Positions 17,215-26,388 of a DNA stretch of 35,898 nucleotides are shown piece by piece. The notes under the pieces were generated by a model. That model was not told where the DNA came from and searched no databases. It saw only the letters and a program-made list of their open reading frames with translations. Every line of letters starts with the position of its first letter. Positions within the stretch are counted from its first letter, which is position 1. The stretch spans positions 1 to 35,898 of the forward strand of contig JBEBGA010000001.1 in the NCBI GenBank assembly GCA_040081695.1, in the 5' to 3' direction. Source of the DNA: Pyrinomonadaceae bacterium. Its GTDB lineage: Bacteria; Acidobacteriota; Blastocatellia; Pyrinomonadales; Pyrinomonadaceae. Made by a program: the position numbers and the translations under genes.

Positions 17215-18392
17215 TACTTTCCGCTCATGATCAGCTTGGCGATGGTCTGGAGCTGCATGTTAGACGTGCCCTCGTAGATCGACCCGATCTTCGAGTCGCG
17301 CCAGTATTTTTCGACCGGATAATCTTTTACATAGCCATAACCGCCGTAAAGTTCGATGGCTTTTGACGAGACGGCCTCGGCACACCGTGACGAATATAGC
17401 TTTGCCATTGCGGCTTCTTTTAGGAACGGACGACCGGCGTCCTTGAGACGGGCGGCGTTGTACACAAGCAGACGCGTCGCCTCGATCTCGACTGCCATTT
17501 CGGCAAGCTGAAACTGCACGCCCTGAAAACTATTGATAGATGCTCCGAATTGCTCGCGTTCTGCCGTGTACTTAAGAGCGGCTTCATAGGCTCCCTGAGC
17601 AATGCCAAGCATCTGAGCGGCAATGCCGATACGGCCCTCGTTGAGCGTTTCGATCGAGACTTTATAGCCTTTGCCGACCTCGCCAAGGACATTCTCCTTC
17701 GGCACTTTACAGTTATCGAGGATGAGTTCGGTCGTAGATGAGGCGCGGATACCGAGCTTGTCTTCTTTCTTGCCGACCGAAAAACCTTCGAATCCTTTCT
17801 CTACGATAAATGCTGTGATGCCCTTATAACCTGCCTCAGGGTCGATCGTTGCAAACAGCAAAAAGATCTCGGCTTCGTTGCCGTTGGTGATCCAGAGCTT
17901 TTGGCCGTTGAGGACGTAATGGTCACCTGCATCGACCGCACGGGTTTTTAAAGCGAATGCGTCAGAACCCGACGCAGCTTCGCTCAATGCATAAGCACCG
18001 ACCTTGCCGCTTGCCATTTGTGTCAGATATTTCTTTTTCTGGTCGTCGTTTGCCCAACGCATGAAAGCATTTGTAACGAGCGTATTGTGCACATCGACAA
18101 AAACCGACACACTGGCATCGACGCGGGCGAGTTCCTCGATAGCGAGGATCGCGTTAAAGATCGTCGAGCCCGCACCGCCGTATTCCTCGGGTGATTCGAT
18201 CGCCATCAGGCCTAGGTCAAAGCACTGTTTGATCAGGTCGGCGTCGAGTTTTGAGGCGTGCTCCATCTGCTCGACCTTTGGGCGAACCTCGCCCTCGGCA
18301 AATTCGCGGACGGACGCGCGAAACAACTCTTCTTCTTCTGATAAAACGGTCAAACCTGCGTTTGATAGTGCTGCACCTGCGGCTGTAGTCAT
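17214..18392 (-). CDS. acyl-CoA dehydrogenase
   Basis: YALSEAASGSDAF and GGYGYVKDYPVEKYWRDSKIGSIYEGTSNMQ motifs. AGGA precedes ATG 18392. The ORF-track start 18425 is a TTG. Confidence 0.92.
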   Translation of the reverse strand: MTTAAGAALSNAGLTVLSEEEELFRASVREFAEGEVRPKVEQMEHASKLDADLIKQCFDLGLMAIESPEEYGGAGSTIFNAILAIEELARVDASVSVFVDVHNTLVTNAFMRWANDDQKKKYLTQMASGKVGAYALSEAASGSDAFALKTRAVDAGDHYVLNGQKLWITNGNEAEIFLLFATIDPEAGYKGITAFIVEKGFEGFSVGKKEDKLGIRASSTTELILDNCKVPKENVLGEVGKGYKVSIETLNEGRIGIAAQMLGIAQGAYEAALKYTAEREQFGASINSFQGVQFQLAEMAVEIEATRLLVYNAARLKDAGRPFLKEAAMAKLYSSRCAEAVSSKAIELYGGYGYVKDYPVEKYWRDSKIGSIYEGTSNMQLQTIAKLIMSGK

Positions 18393-18474
18393 AATAATGT
18401 TTCCTAAAAATATCCTGTGAACCAAGTTTTGCTAAACTACCATTTTAGACACCGCAGGGCACAAAGGCAAAGCA

Positions 18475-19527
18475 TTGGACGAGACTAGCGAGACACAAAA
18501 GCCAACATCAAAACGCATCAAACGCCTGCATTTGCTGGGCGTGGTGCTGACTATATTTGGCGTCGGCCTGTTTGCGTATCTTATCTATTCGATAGGTTTT
18601 CGCGAAATATGGGACGGAATAAAGCGGTTTGGTTTTGACGGGTTTGCTGTGATCGTCGTGCTTTTTTTTGTGAGACTCCTGACTCGCGCATACGCCTGGA
18701 CGCTGACCGTGCACCCGCCATATACGCTGACTCTCAAAGACACGGTTCCCGCGATGATGATCGGTGAGGCGATGAGCAGCACCATACCCCTCGGCTTTTT
18801 TGCCAGCGGCACGGCAAAGGCCATCGCCGTTCGCAACCGCATCCCGCTGGTCGCGGGGCTGTCGTCTGTCGCGACCGAAAATCTTTTTTACAGTCTTACA
18901 ACAGGACTATTTTTGATCGCCGGAGCCGTCGTTTTGCTGCTCGGATTTGCGCTAGATGAAAATGTCGCCCTTACACTAAATATCGTTATCGGTGCACTCT
19001 CAGTGTTTCTCGTGTTAGGTGTAATGATGGTGATGCGCCAATGGCATTTTGCGAGCTGGATCTGCAATTGGGCATATAAACAAGGCATCCTGCACGATTT
19101 TTTGGGTAAATGGCGTGTCGATGTGCGGCGATTCGAGGACCTGATCTATGGATTTTATCGACATTTCCCGCGTCGCTTTGTGCCGCTCTGTTTGCTCCAG
19201 ATGACCTACCACCTGTTCGGGATCGTCGAGGTTGCGTTTATCCTTTACCGACTGACCGGTGTCAGCCCCGGCCTGTTAACAGCCTTTCTACTCGAATCGA
19301 TCAGCCGTTTTATCACTGTTATATTCAAGCTGATACCTTTCACGATCGGCGTTGACGAAGCCGGTGCACAATTTATCGGTGAAACCGTTTCCCTTGCCGC
19401 GGGTGTCGGGGTGACATTGGCTATCATACGACGAGGCCGCATATTCTTTTGGACGGCCGTTGGCATGATAGTGATCATCAAACGCGGCCTGTCGCTTAGC
19501 GAGATCACAAAAACGATCAGGCATTAA
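18475..19527 (+). CDS. flippase-like / lysylphosphatidylglycerol-synthase TM-domain family membrane protein (tentative)
   Basis: About 8 hydrophobic segments and a basic N-terminus. It starts with TTG at 18475, and no in-frame ATG occurs until far downstream. The family call is from memory. Confidence 0.6.
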   Translation: MDETSETQKPTSKRIKRLHLLGVVLTIFGVGLFAYLIYSIGFREIWDGIKRFGFDGFAVIVVLFFVRLLTRAYAWTLTVHPPYTLTLKDTVPAMMIGEAMSSTIPLGFFASGTAKAIAVRNRIPLVAGLSSVATENLFYSLTTGLFLIAGAVVLLLGFALDENVALTLNIVIGALSVFLVLGVMMVMRQWHFASWICNWAYKQGILHDFLGKWRVDVRRFEDLIYGFYRHFPRRFVPLCLLQMTYHLFGIVEVAFILYRLTGVSPGLLTAFLLESISRFITVIFKLIPFTIGVDEAGAQFIGETVSLAAGVGVTLAIIRRGRIFFWTAVGMIVIIKRGLSLSEITKTIRH

Positions 19528-21311
19528 AGCGGCCAAAATACCGGCACAAGTGTGATCGAGACAACGAATACGATGATCGTCAAGATCGTCCCGATCTTTA
19601 CAAAATCCATAAATCGATAACGGCCCGGCGTATAGACCAGCACACAGGCCGGCTCAAGCGGCGTGATAAATGAGAAAGACGCAGCGTAGGTAACGCCTAT
19701 GATAAACGTGCGCGGATTGAGCCCCAGAGCGACCGCCGTCTTGATAGCGACCGGCAGGACAACAAGAGCCGCCGCCTGATTAGACATCGGCTGGGTCAGC
19801 AAAACGGTAAACAAAAAGAATCCGGCTAGGACTGCGGTGGCTCCGTATTGCGCAAAATAATATTCGATCAGCCCGGCGAGATAGACGTCGGCTCCTGTAT
19901 TTTCCATCGCGACGCCAAAGCTCATCATGCACGCGATCAGCACCAGTAGACGGAAATCGATGAGATCATACATCTCCGAATAGCGAACCGTCTTTGTCGC
20001 AAGCAGCACCATCACGCCCAAAAGCACACACACCGCAAGAGGTATCTCATAACCCACAACGACCTTTGTTAGAGATAGCGTCAGGAAAAGTGCGAACGCC
20101 CCAACCGCCCACTTTCGTTTTTCAACACGCATACTGCTGGCCGAAACATCTTCGAGCAGCATCAGCTCGCGGTCGATAACCAGCGGGTCGATCAGCGTGC
20201 GTTTGCCCTGTACCAGCAACACATCGCCAAAGATAAGCTCCAGATCGCTCAGTTTTTCGATAAATGTCTGGCCGTGGCGATTGACCGCCAGCACAGTCAG
20301 GTCGTAGCTCTGGCGAAATTTCATCGTCTTGAGCGTGTGGCCGACAAACCTCGAATCACGCATCACCATCAGCTCAAAAAGCTCTATTTCATCATCCTCA
20401 AGCACGACATCATTGAGCATAAAATCAGCCTTGATCTCGAGCCCGATCTCTTCTTTTACACGTAATATATCGCTTATTTTGCCCTCGACGATGAGCGAAT
20501 CGCGGCGGCGGATACGCTCATCCGAACCCGGGGCAACTATTCGCTCGCCATCGCGGATAATGCCAAGCACGTTCAGTTCTAAAAGCGTGTTGATGTTTGC
20601 CTCTTCGAGAGTTTTTCCGACGAGTTCTGAATCGGGCAACACGAGCAGCTCTGAGATGTAGTCGCGGATCTGATACTGCTCGGTCAGCGAAGCCTCGCCG
20701 CCGCGGCTAGGCAGCATCTTACGACCTATGAAGAGCATATAGAGCAAACCGACGGCAAAAGTAATGACGCCAACGGGAGCCAGCTCAAACATCGAAAAAG
20801 GCTCTTGGCCATAACGAGTTATAGCTCCGCTCACCGCCAAATTGGTCGATGTGCCGATCAGCGTACAGCTGCCACCAAGTATCGCCCCAAAGGCAAGCGG
20901 CATCAGCAATTTTGACGGTGCGACCTTTGATCTGGCGGCGAGGCCTATCACGACCGGCAAAAACATCGCAGCAGTTGTCGTATTTTTCAAAACAGAAGCT
21001 GAAACAGCCGCCGTCACCATTATCAGTGCAGTCAATACAAACTCATTATCACCGGATAACCGCCCGATCCGCCGCCCGATGACATCGACCATCCCGGTTT
21101 TTGTCAGTCCGCCGACGAGGATGAAGAGCCCGCCGATCGTGATTATCACATCGTTGCCAAACCCGGCAACTGCTTCGCCGACCGTCAAAACACGCGTCAA
21201 TATCAGCGCTATTACAAGAATTATGCCAATGACATCGACAGGTAGCTTTTCGGTCGCAAATAGAACGATCGCAACGAGCAGCAGTATGAGCGTGATCGCA
21301 ATTGGTGACAT
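19524..21311 (-). CDS. SLC13/DASS-type permease with two central TrkA-C (RCK_C) domains
   Basis: Starts at the internal ATG 21311 (MSPIAITLILLLVAIVLFATEKLP). Two RCK_C-like segments (ELLVLPDSELVGKTLEEA..., ELMVMRDSRFVGHTLKTM...) are flanked by transporter halves. The longer ORF would cross the upstream terminator and the neighbouring gene. Confidence 0.85.
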   Translation of the reverse strand: MSPIAITLILLLVAIVLFATEKLPVDVIGIILVIALILTRVLTVGEAVAGFGNDVIITIGGLFILVGGLTKTGMVDVIGRRIGRLSGDNEFVLTALIMVTAAVSASVLKNTTTAAMFLPVVIGLAARSKVAPSKLLMPLAFGAILGGSCTLIGTSTNLAVSGAITRYGQEPFSMFELAPVGVITFAVGLLYMLFIGRKMLPSRGGEASLTEQYQIRDYISELLVLPDSELVGKTLEEANINTLLELNVLGIIRDGERIVAPGSDERIRRRDSLIVEGKISDILRVKEEIGLEIKADFMLNDVVLEDDEIELFELMVMRDSRFVGHTLKTMKFRQSYDLTVLAVNRHGQTFIEKLSDLELIFGDVLLVQGKRTLIDPLVIDRELMLLEDVSASSMRVEKRKWAVGAFALFLTLSLTKVVVGYEIPLAVCVLLGVMVLLATKTVRYSEMYDLIDFRLLVLIACMMSFGVAMENTGADVYLAGLIEYYFAQYGATAVLAGFFLFTVLLTQPMSNQAAALVVLPVAIKTAVALGLNPRTFIIGVTYAASFSFITPLEPACVLVYTPGRYRFMDFVKIGTILTIIVFVVSITLVPVFWPL

Positions 21312-21350
21312 GTGCCCAAAAGAATATCGGAATTTGCGGCTTTTGGAAAG

Positions 21351-21376
21351 GAAAAAGAGCGGCCCGAAGACCGCTC
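21351..21376 (-). terminator. rho-independent terminator after the beta-helix gene
   Basis: The minus strand reads GAGCGGTC-TTCG-GGCCGCTC followed by TTTTT. Confidence 0.65.
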
Positions 21377-21405
21377 TGAGTTGTGACAATTTGATGATCA
21401 GGTGG

Positions 21406-24159
21406 TTAAGGCGATGCGACGAGATCAAAATCAACATCGATATTAAATACCTGCAAGATGCGTTGCTCAAAATTAAATCGTCTCGATTGAACGTCTACCA
21501 AATAGGTCACACCAGTCGGCACGTCTTCGAATCTATAGACGCCGTTATTGCCTGTGTGTACATTTCGTGTTAAGCCATTCGGATCCGTCAGCGTTACTAC
21601 GGCACCTCGTACACCACGGCCATTCTGTGACATCAAGACTCGGCCAGACACAGTGACGCCCGGAGCAGCTGATACTACTGTCAAGACTACGCTGGTTGCG
21701 TTATATGTGATGTTAAATGTTGTCCCGCCGAAAGTAATGGTGTTGCCCTGGGCAAATGTCCCGGTCACGCCGCCTGTCGCTTGAATGATCGTGAACTGCT
21801 GACCAACGGTCGGAGCAAACCCATTTAGGGTCGATCCGCTCAGACTGCTTGTACCCGCTCCGAGATTTGCAGCTCCCGTTACGTTGAGCCTGTCGTATTG
21901 CGTTCCCGGGGTTGAGCCACCAAGCTCGATATTGAGAATTGTCGAGGTAAGATTTGCAGCGCCGTTTACGGTCAGTATCCCGGCACTTGTGCCCGGAGCG
22001 ACCGTTCCGGTGCCTGACAAAGCTCCGATGGTTCCGCTGCCCCCGACCGTTCCGCTATTAAGGGAAACCGGACTATTCTGCTGAAAGCCATTCACAATGA
22101 TCGTACCGCCGTTTACCGCCGTAGTTCCTGCGAAGTTGATCGCACCCGCATTAAACACCAGCGTGCCCGCACCCGTCTTTGTTAAAGTTGAGCCGCTAAA
22201 GATGTTGCCGTTGAGTGAAAGGGAGTTGTTAGTCCCTATGTTGATCGTTGTAGCGGATAGCATCTCAATATCACCATGTAAAATGCATGTTACGCACGAT
22301 GTAGTAAAGATCGCTCCCTGGCCGGACACGCCCGCTCCGCTGAGTTCAAACTTTTCATTGCTCTGATAATTCGTTGTCGCGATCCTTAATGTTGACCCCG
22401 CTGCGACCACCGTCCTGTCAAAATCTGTGTTTTGTGTTGCACCCAAGGCAGCGTTGCTCCCTACGATCAGCGTGCCTGCATTGACGCGCGTTTGCCCTTG
22501 GTAATTGTTCCCCGAGCCGGTTAAGCCAAGCGTGCCCGTGCCGTTTTTGGTGACAGCAATATGTGCTGCGCTGCTGTTGGTGCCAAGTATATTGCTTGGG
22601 ATCGACATAGTTGACGTGGTATCAACCGTCAATCCAAAAAGCCCCATATTTAGGTCACCAAACATTGTAAAGCTGCCGGTGCCCGGCTTCGAAAATGTCT
22701 GGTTAGCCGAAAATATGAGATCGGGGTCAAAGGTATTATCACCGTTTGACGTGTCACTGATTCCGTCAGCCAGAGTAATTTGATTACCAAAGATCTGATA
22801 GCCGGCACCTGTGAACTGGATCGATCCCAGCTGGAGGCCGCCGACATTGTTACTGTTGTTTAGATTCTGCGCTCCTGCCGGAAAGACGAGATCGCTTCCC
22901 GCACTTCCATTCGAAGGCGCAGTATTCACATCCCAGTTGGCGGCTGTGCTCCAGCTTGAGCTTGAGCTGCCGTCCCAAGTCAGCGTGTTTCCCTGATACG
23001 TCAGCACGACTCCGTTGACCGTGTACGAGATCGTAAAGATCTGCCCGCTTGCATTTATTATCGAGCCCTGTGCAAACTGGCCCGTTAGGTCTCCCGCTCC
23101 TTGTTGTGAAACGATGGTGAACTGCTGACCGACGGCTGGCGTGAATCCGACTATGAGATCCAGATCGGCTCCGCCAAGATTGATGTTGTTACCGCTTACC
23201 CGTAGCTGGTCAAACTGCGTTCCCGCCGTTGTCCCGAACATATGGATTTCCAGCGTGGTCGCCGCATTGAGAACCGATGCTCCCGTTGTGGTCAGAACGC
23301 CGGTGCTTCCTGCCTGACTGCCATTATTCAGTCCCGGTCTGATATCGCCGCCGTTGGCTGCGTTTGCCGTGATCGCACCGACCGTTCCCGTGCCTTGGAG
23401 AATGCCGCCGTTGAGATTTACGCTGCCGAGCACACCCGGCGAAATTACACTCAAGCGGTGCGAATCGATCTCGGTCGGACCAAAGGTCGAGCCGTTACCA
23501 ATGATCGTTGCGTTGCCGGCCAGATTCAGGTTGCCCGTTCCGTTGAAATCACCGTTGAAAAATATATTGTTCTGTGAGCCTGTTGAAACATTCAGCGTGT
23601 GGCCGCCAAGATTAATGGCTCCGTTCAGATCTAGGTCGCCGGACGTGGAATTGAAGGTTTGATTGGCGTCGAGAGTAATATTTGGCGCAAAACTCGGATC
23701 TTGATTCGTTGTCTCAGTGCTTGATAAGCCTGCGGTCAAAAGGATCCGGTTCCCTGTGATAGCGTAACCGCCGCCTTGTATCAGGATAGAGCGGAAACGT
23801 GTACCATTGGCAAAGTCGTTGTGACTGGGAAATCCCCCCAACGGTTCCAAAGGAAAAACCAGATCGTCATCTGCTCCGGCACCGCCGATCCCCTCCCAAT
23901 TTAGGTTCGATGACCAGTTATTGTCACCTGCTTGTCCGGACCATGTTTCAGTGGCAAGCAATGCGGCGTTTTCCGATTTAACTTCTTTCCCAAACAAAGC
24001 GGCGGCAACACCAACCGGGTCAAAGATATAGCTAAAATATCCGTTTGCGGTTTGTGCCTGTGCTGTCGGCAAGGCCGCCGAACTAAACCCGGTCATGATC
24101 GCCAGTGAAAGGGTGACGATCGTCATCTTTGCAAAAAATCTTTTAGTCGTTGTAGTCAT
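21406..24159 (-). CDS. large secreted beta-helix protein with autotransporter-associated beta-strand (PATR) repeats and a C-terminal CarboxypepD_reg-like domain
   Basis: Signal peptide ...LAIMTGFSSAALPTAQAQ. PATR-like units (VTKNGTGTLGLTGSGNNYQGQTRVNAGTLIV, LTKTGAGTLVFNAG). C-terminal VSGRVL...GAVVTLTDPNG..GVYRFEDVPTG. Confidence 0.85.
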   Translation of the reverse strand: MTTTTKRFFAKMTIVTLSLAIMTGFSSAALPTAQAQTANGYFSYIFDPVGVAAALFGKEVKSENAALLATETWSGQAGDNNWSSNLNWEGIGGAGADDDLVFPLEPLGGFPSHNDFANGTRFRSILIQGGGYAITGNRILLTAGLSSTETTNQDPSFAPNITLDANQTFNSTSGDLDLNGAINLGGHTLNVSTGSQNNIFFNGDFNGTGNLNLAGNATIIGNGSTFGPTEIDSHRLSVISPGVLGSVNLNGGILQGTGTVGAITANAANGGDIRPGLNNGSQAGSTGVLTTTGASVLNAATTLEIHMFGTTAGTQFDQLRVSGNNINLGGADLDLIVGFTPAVGQQFTIVSQQGAGDLTGQFAQGSIINASGQIFTISYTVNGVVLTYQGNTLTWDGSSSSSWSTAANWDVNTAPSNGSAGSDLVFPAGAQNLNNSNNVGGLQLGSIQFTGAGYQIFGNQITLADGISDTSNGDNTFDPDLIFSANQTFSKPGTGSFTMFGDLNMGLFGLTVDTTSTMSIPSNILGTNSSAAHIAVTKNGTGTLGLTGSGNNYQGQTRVNAGTLIVGSNAALGATQNTDFDRTVVAAGSTLRIATTNYQSNEKFELSGAGVSGQGAIFTTSCVTCILHGDIEMLSATTINIGTNNSLSLNGNIFSGSTLTKTGAGTLVFNAGAINFAGTTAVNGGTIIVNGFQQNSPVSLNSGTVGGSGTIGALSGTGTVAPGTSAGILTVNGAANLTSTILNIELGGSTPGTQYDRLNVTGAANLGAGTSSLSGSTLNGFAPTVGQQFTIIQATGGVTGTFAQGNTITFGGTTFNITYNATSVVLTVVSAAPGVTVSGRVLMSQNGRGVRGAVVTLTDPNGLTRNVHTGNNGVYRFEDVPTGVTYLVDVQSRRFNFEQRILQVFNIDVDFDLVASP

Positions 24160-24166
24160 ATTTTCC

Positions 24167-24463
24167 TTACGCCATAAGCCGGCGGGTCTGGTTTTGGTGC
24201 TTCAAACTTTCGAGAAGCGAAGTCACACATAAAAAAATTCTGCTGGTCGCATCCAGGTGATAGTGGCAATCGTTGGCGCTGATAAAACGGAACAGATCCG
24301 TGTCCGTCGTGCCAAAAAGATCGGCGGCATCGAGCAAGGGGACAAAATCAGAACCCCGTCCGCATTTAGCGCAGGGGGCCAATTCGGTCTTTGCCCGTTT
24401 GCGGATGAGCTGTATGCGTTCATATTCGATCACTATTTCCCTCTGTTTTTTTGGTGTCATCAT
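24167..24463 (-). CDS. small Cys-containing HTH-like protein (excisionase/MerR-like helix-turn-helix, tentative)
   Basis: 98 aa. CAKCG, then FVPLLDAADLFGTTDTDLFRFISANDCHYH, then a later FLCVTSL. Its TAA stop is embedded in the AAGGA RBS of the downstream gene (TAAGGAAAATATG). Confidence 0.6.
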   Translation of the reverse strand: MMTPKKQREIVIEYERIQLIRKRAKTELAPCAKCGRGSDFVPLLDAADLFGTTDTDLFRFISANDCHYHLDATSRIFLCVTSLLESLKHQNQTRRLMA

Positions 24464-24607
24464 TTAGCTCGCGTAACGCTTTCAAGCCGTCGAAAAATCG
24501 CAAGATTTTCTACGCTGAAACAGTTATAATCTTTGTAACCAAAAGGAATCTTTAGTTTTTTGTGAAGTTTTTCTGAAAGATCTCTGAGTAATTTCTGAAG
24601 ACTGCAA

Positions 24608-26386
24608 ATGATCGACTCACGCGACAAACTTTTCAGTTTTGCCACGTTTAGACTCGACGCCACTGAGCGACTGCTCTTTGACGGCGAGAGTGTTGTCACG
24701 ATGCCGCCTAAGGTTTTTGACACGCTGCTGATGCTGATCGAAAACGCGGGCCGCGTCCTCAGCAAAGAGCGGATGCTCGAGGACATTTGGGAGGGTAGCT
24801 TTGTCGAGGAAAACAATCTCGCTCAAAACATCTCGATTCTGCGGCGGCTTTTAGGCGAAAACGACGGGCAGAAATTTATCGAAACGGTGCCGAAATACGG
24901 TTACCGATTTGTCGCTCCAGTGAATAGAGATGAAAACACCGGGACAACGACTGAGGTTGTCGAAGCGACTCGGGCTCGGATCTACATAAACGACAGCGAT
25001 GGCAAGAGCAGTAGTTTGCCATTTACCGCTCCACCGCGCGCACTAGCCCGTCACAAGCCGGAAACACAATATGTACAAAACGGCGATGTGAATATCGCGT
25101 ATCAGGTCGTTGGATCAGGGCCGATAGATATCGTGTTTGTAATGGGCTGGGTCTCGCATCTCGAGTATTTTTGGAAAGAACCGCAGTTCGCTGCCTTTCT
25201 CGATCGTCTCGCCTCATTTTCGCGGCTGATCTTGTTCGACAAACGCGGCACCGGCCTTTCGGATCGTGTTCCGCTAAACGAACTGCCGACGCTCGAACAG
25301 CGAATGGACGATGTGCGAGCGGTAATGGACGAGGTCGGATCAGAAAGCGCCGTACTGTTTGGCGTCTCGGAGGGCGGGCCGATGTGTTCGCTATTTGCCG
25401 CGACCTATCCCGAACGTACCAAAGGTGTCGTTATGTTTGGAACCTACGCCAAACGGATCAAAGAAGATGACGATTATCCTTGGGCACCGACGATAGAGCA
25501 GCGAAACAAATTTTTTGAGGTGGTAAAACGTGATTGGGGCAAGCCGGTCGGGATCGAGGAACGGGCTCCGTCGATGGCAAACGACCCGGAGTTTCGTGAA
25601 TGGTGGGCCGAATATCTGCGAATGGGCGCTAGCCCCGGTGCGGCGGTTGCAATCACGATCATGAATTCCGAGATCGACGTTCGCGACATCTTGCCGCTGG
25701 TCAGAGTACCGACACTGATAATGCACCGTCGCGGCGATCTGTGTCTCAATGTCGAAGAAGGCAGGTTTGTCGCAAATAAAATACCCAATTCTAAATTTGT
25801 CGAGATGGAGGGCATCGACCATCTGCCCTTTGTCGGCAAACAGGATGAGGTGCTCGATGAGATCGAGCAATTTGTTACCGGCGTGCGGTTTGCAGGTGAA
25901 TACGACCGCGTTTTGGCGACGGTAATGAGCGTGTCTTTTACCGACACAGACACTGAGATCGGTAAACGCAGCGGCGAAGAATGGGCAGATTTTGTCGATA
26001 GCTCGAAAAGGTTTGTCCATAAGCAGCTCAACCTGTTCAAGGGACGCGAGGTATCAGTTGGTGACGATGAAACACTGGCTGCTTTTGACGGCCCGGCGCG
26101 TGCGATCAGATGTGCCTCGGCAATTAACGAAGCCGCCCGGTCTAGGGGCGTCGCTCTCAGCATCGGGCTGCACACCGGCGAATGTGATGTAGTCGGTGAT
26201 ACGTACAGCGGATTTGCAGTCGAGCTTGCACGCTGTATTCGCTCAACAAGCGTCGATGGCAACATTATCGTCTCGCGAACCGTAAAAGACCTGGTCGCCG
26301 GCTCCGGAATCGAATTTAAGGAATTGGGCCACCGTTCATTCGCGGGTGTTGAGGGTAAATGGCGGCTGTTCACAGTTAAACGTTAA
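24608..26386 (+). CDS. three-domain protein: OmpR/CadC-type winged-helix DNA-binding domain, alpha/beta hydrolase, and class III nucleotidyl cyclase homology domain
   Basis: N-terminus: FRLDATERLLFDGESVVTMPPKVFDTLLMLIENAGRVLSKERMLEDIW...PKYGYRF. Middle: LILFDKRGTGLSDR, GVSEGG and GIDHLPF. C-terminus: VLATVMSVSFTD..., GDDETLAAFDGPARAIRCA, IGLHTGE, VSRTVKDLVAGSGIEFKELG. Confidence 0.85.
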   Translation: MIDSRDKLFSFATFRLDATERLLFDGESVVTMPPKVFDTLLMLIENAGRVLSKERMLEDIWEGSFVEENNLAQNISILRRLLGENDGQKFIETVPKYGYRFVAPVNRDENTGTTTEVVEATRARIYINDSDGKSSSLPFTAPPRALARHKPETQYVQNGDVNIAYQVVGSGPIDIVFVMGWVSHLEYFWKEPQFAAFLDRLASFSRLILFDKRGTGLSDRVPLNELPTLEQRMDDVRAVMDEVGSESAVLFGVSEGGPMCSLFAATYPERTKGVVMFGTYAKRIKEDDDYPWAPTIEQRNKFFEVVKRDWGKPVGIEERAPSMANDPEFREWWAEYLRMGASPGAAVAITIMNSEIDVRDILPLVRVPTLIMHRRGDLCLNVEEGRFVANKIPNSKFVEMEGIDHLPFVGKQDEVLDEIEQFVTGVRFAGEYDRVLATVMSVSFTDTDTEIGKRSGEEWADFVDSSKRFVHKQLNLFKGREVSVGDDETLAAFDGPARAIRCASAINEAARSRGVALSIGLHTGECDVVGDTYSGFAVELARCIRSTSVDGNIIVSRTVKDLVAGSGIEFKELGHRSFAGVEGKWRLFTVKR

Positions 26387-26388
26387 AT

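Noticed and set aside
21312-21470. An N-terminal extension of the SLC13 permease ORF overlaps the 3' end of the beta-helix gene.
   Set aside because: The extension runs through a clear terminator hairpin (21351-21376). Transporter-like sequence begins at ATG 21311.
24525-24530. A consensus TATAAT hexamer lies in the AT-rich divergent region upstream of the three-domain regulator.
   Set aside because: There is no acceptable -35 hexamer or extended -10 TG at the right spacing on either strand. It is too weak to call as a promoter from sequence alone.
25391-26373. Long antisense ORFs (299 aa and 209 aa) lie inside the regulator/cyclase gene. Similar ones occur at 4195-4818, 10572-11096, 12252-12794 and 20842-21573.
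   Set aside because: They contain no recognisable motifs and are Ser/Arg/Pro/Ala-rich, as expected for non-coding frames of moderately GC-rich genes. Each lies entirely inside a well-supported gene on the other strand.
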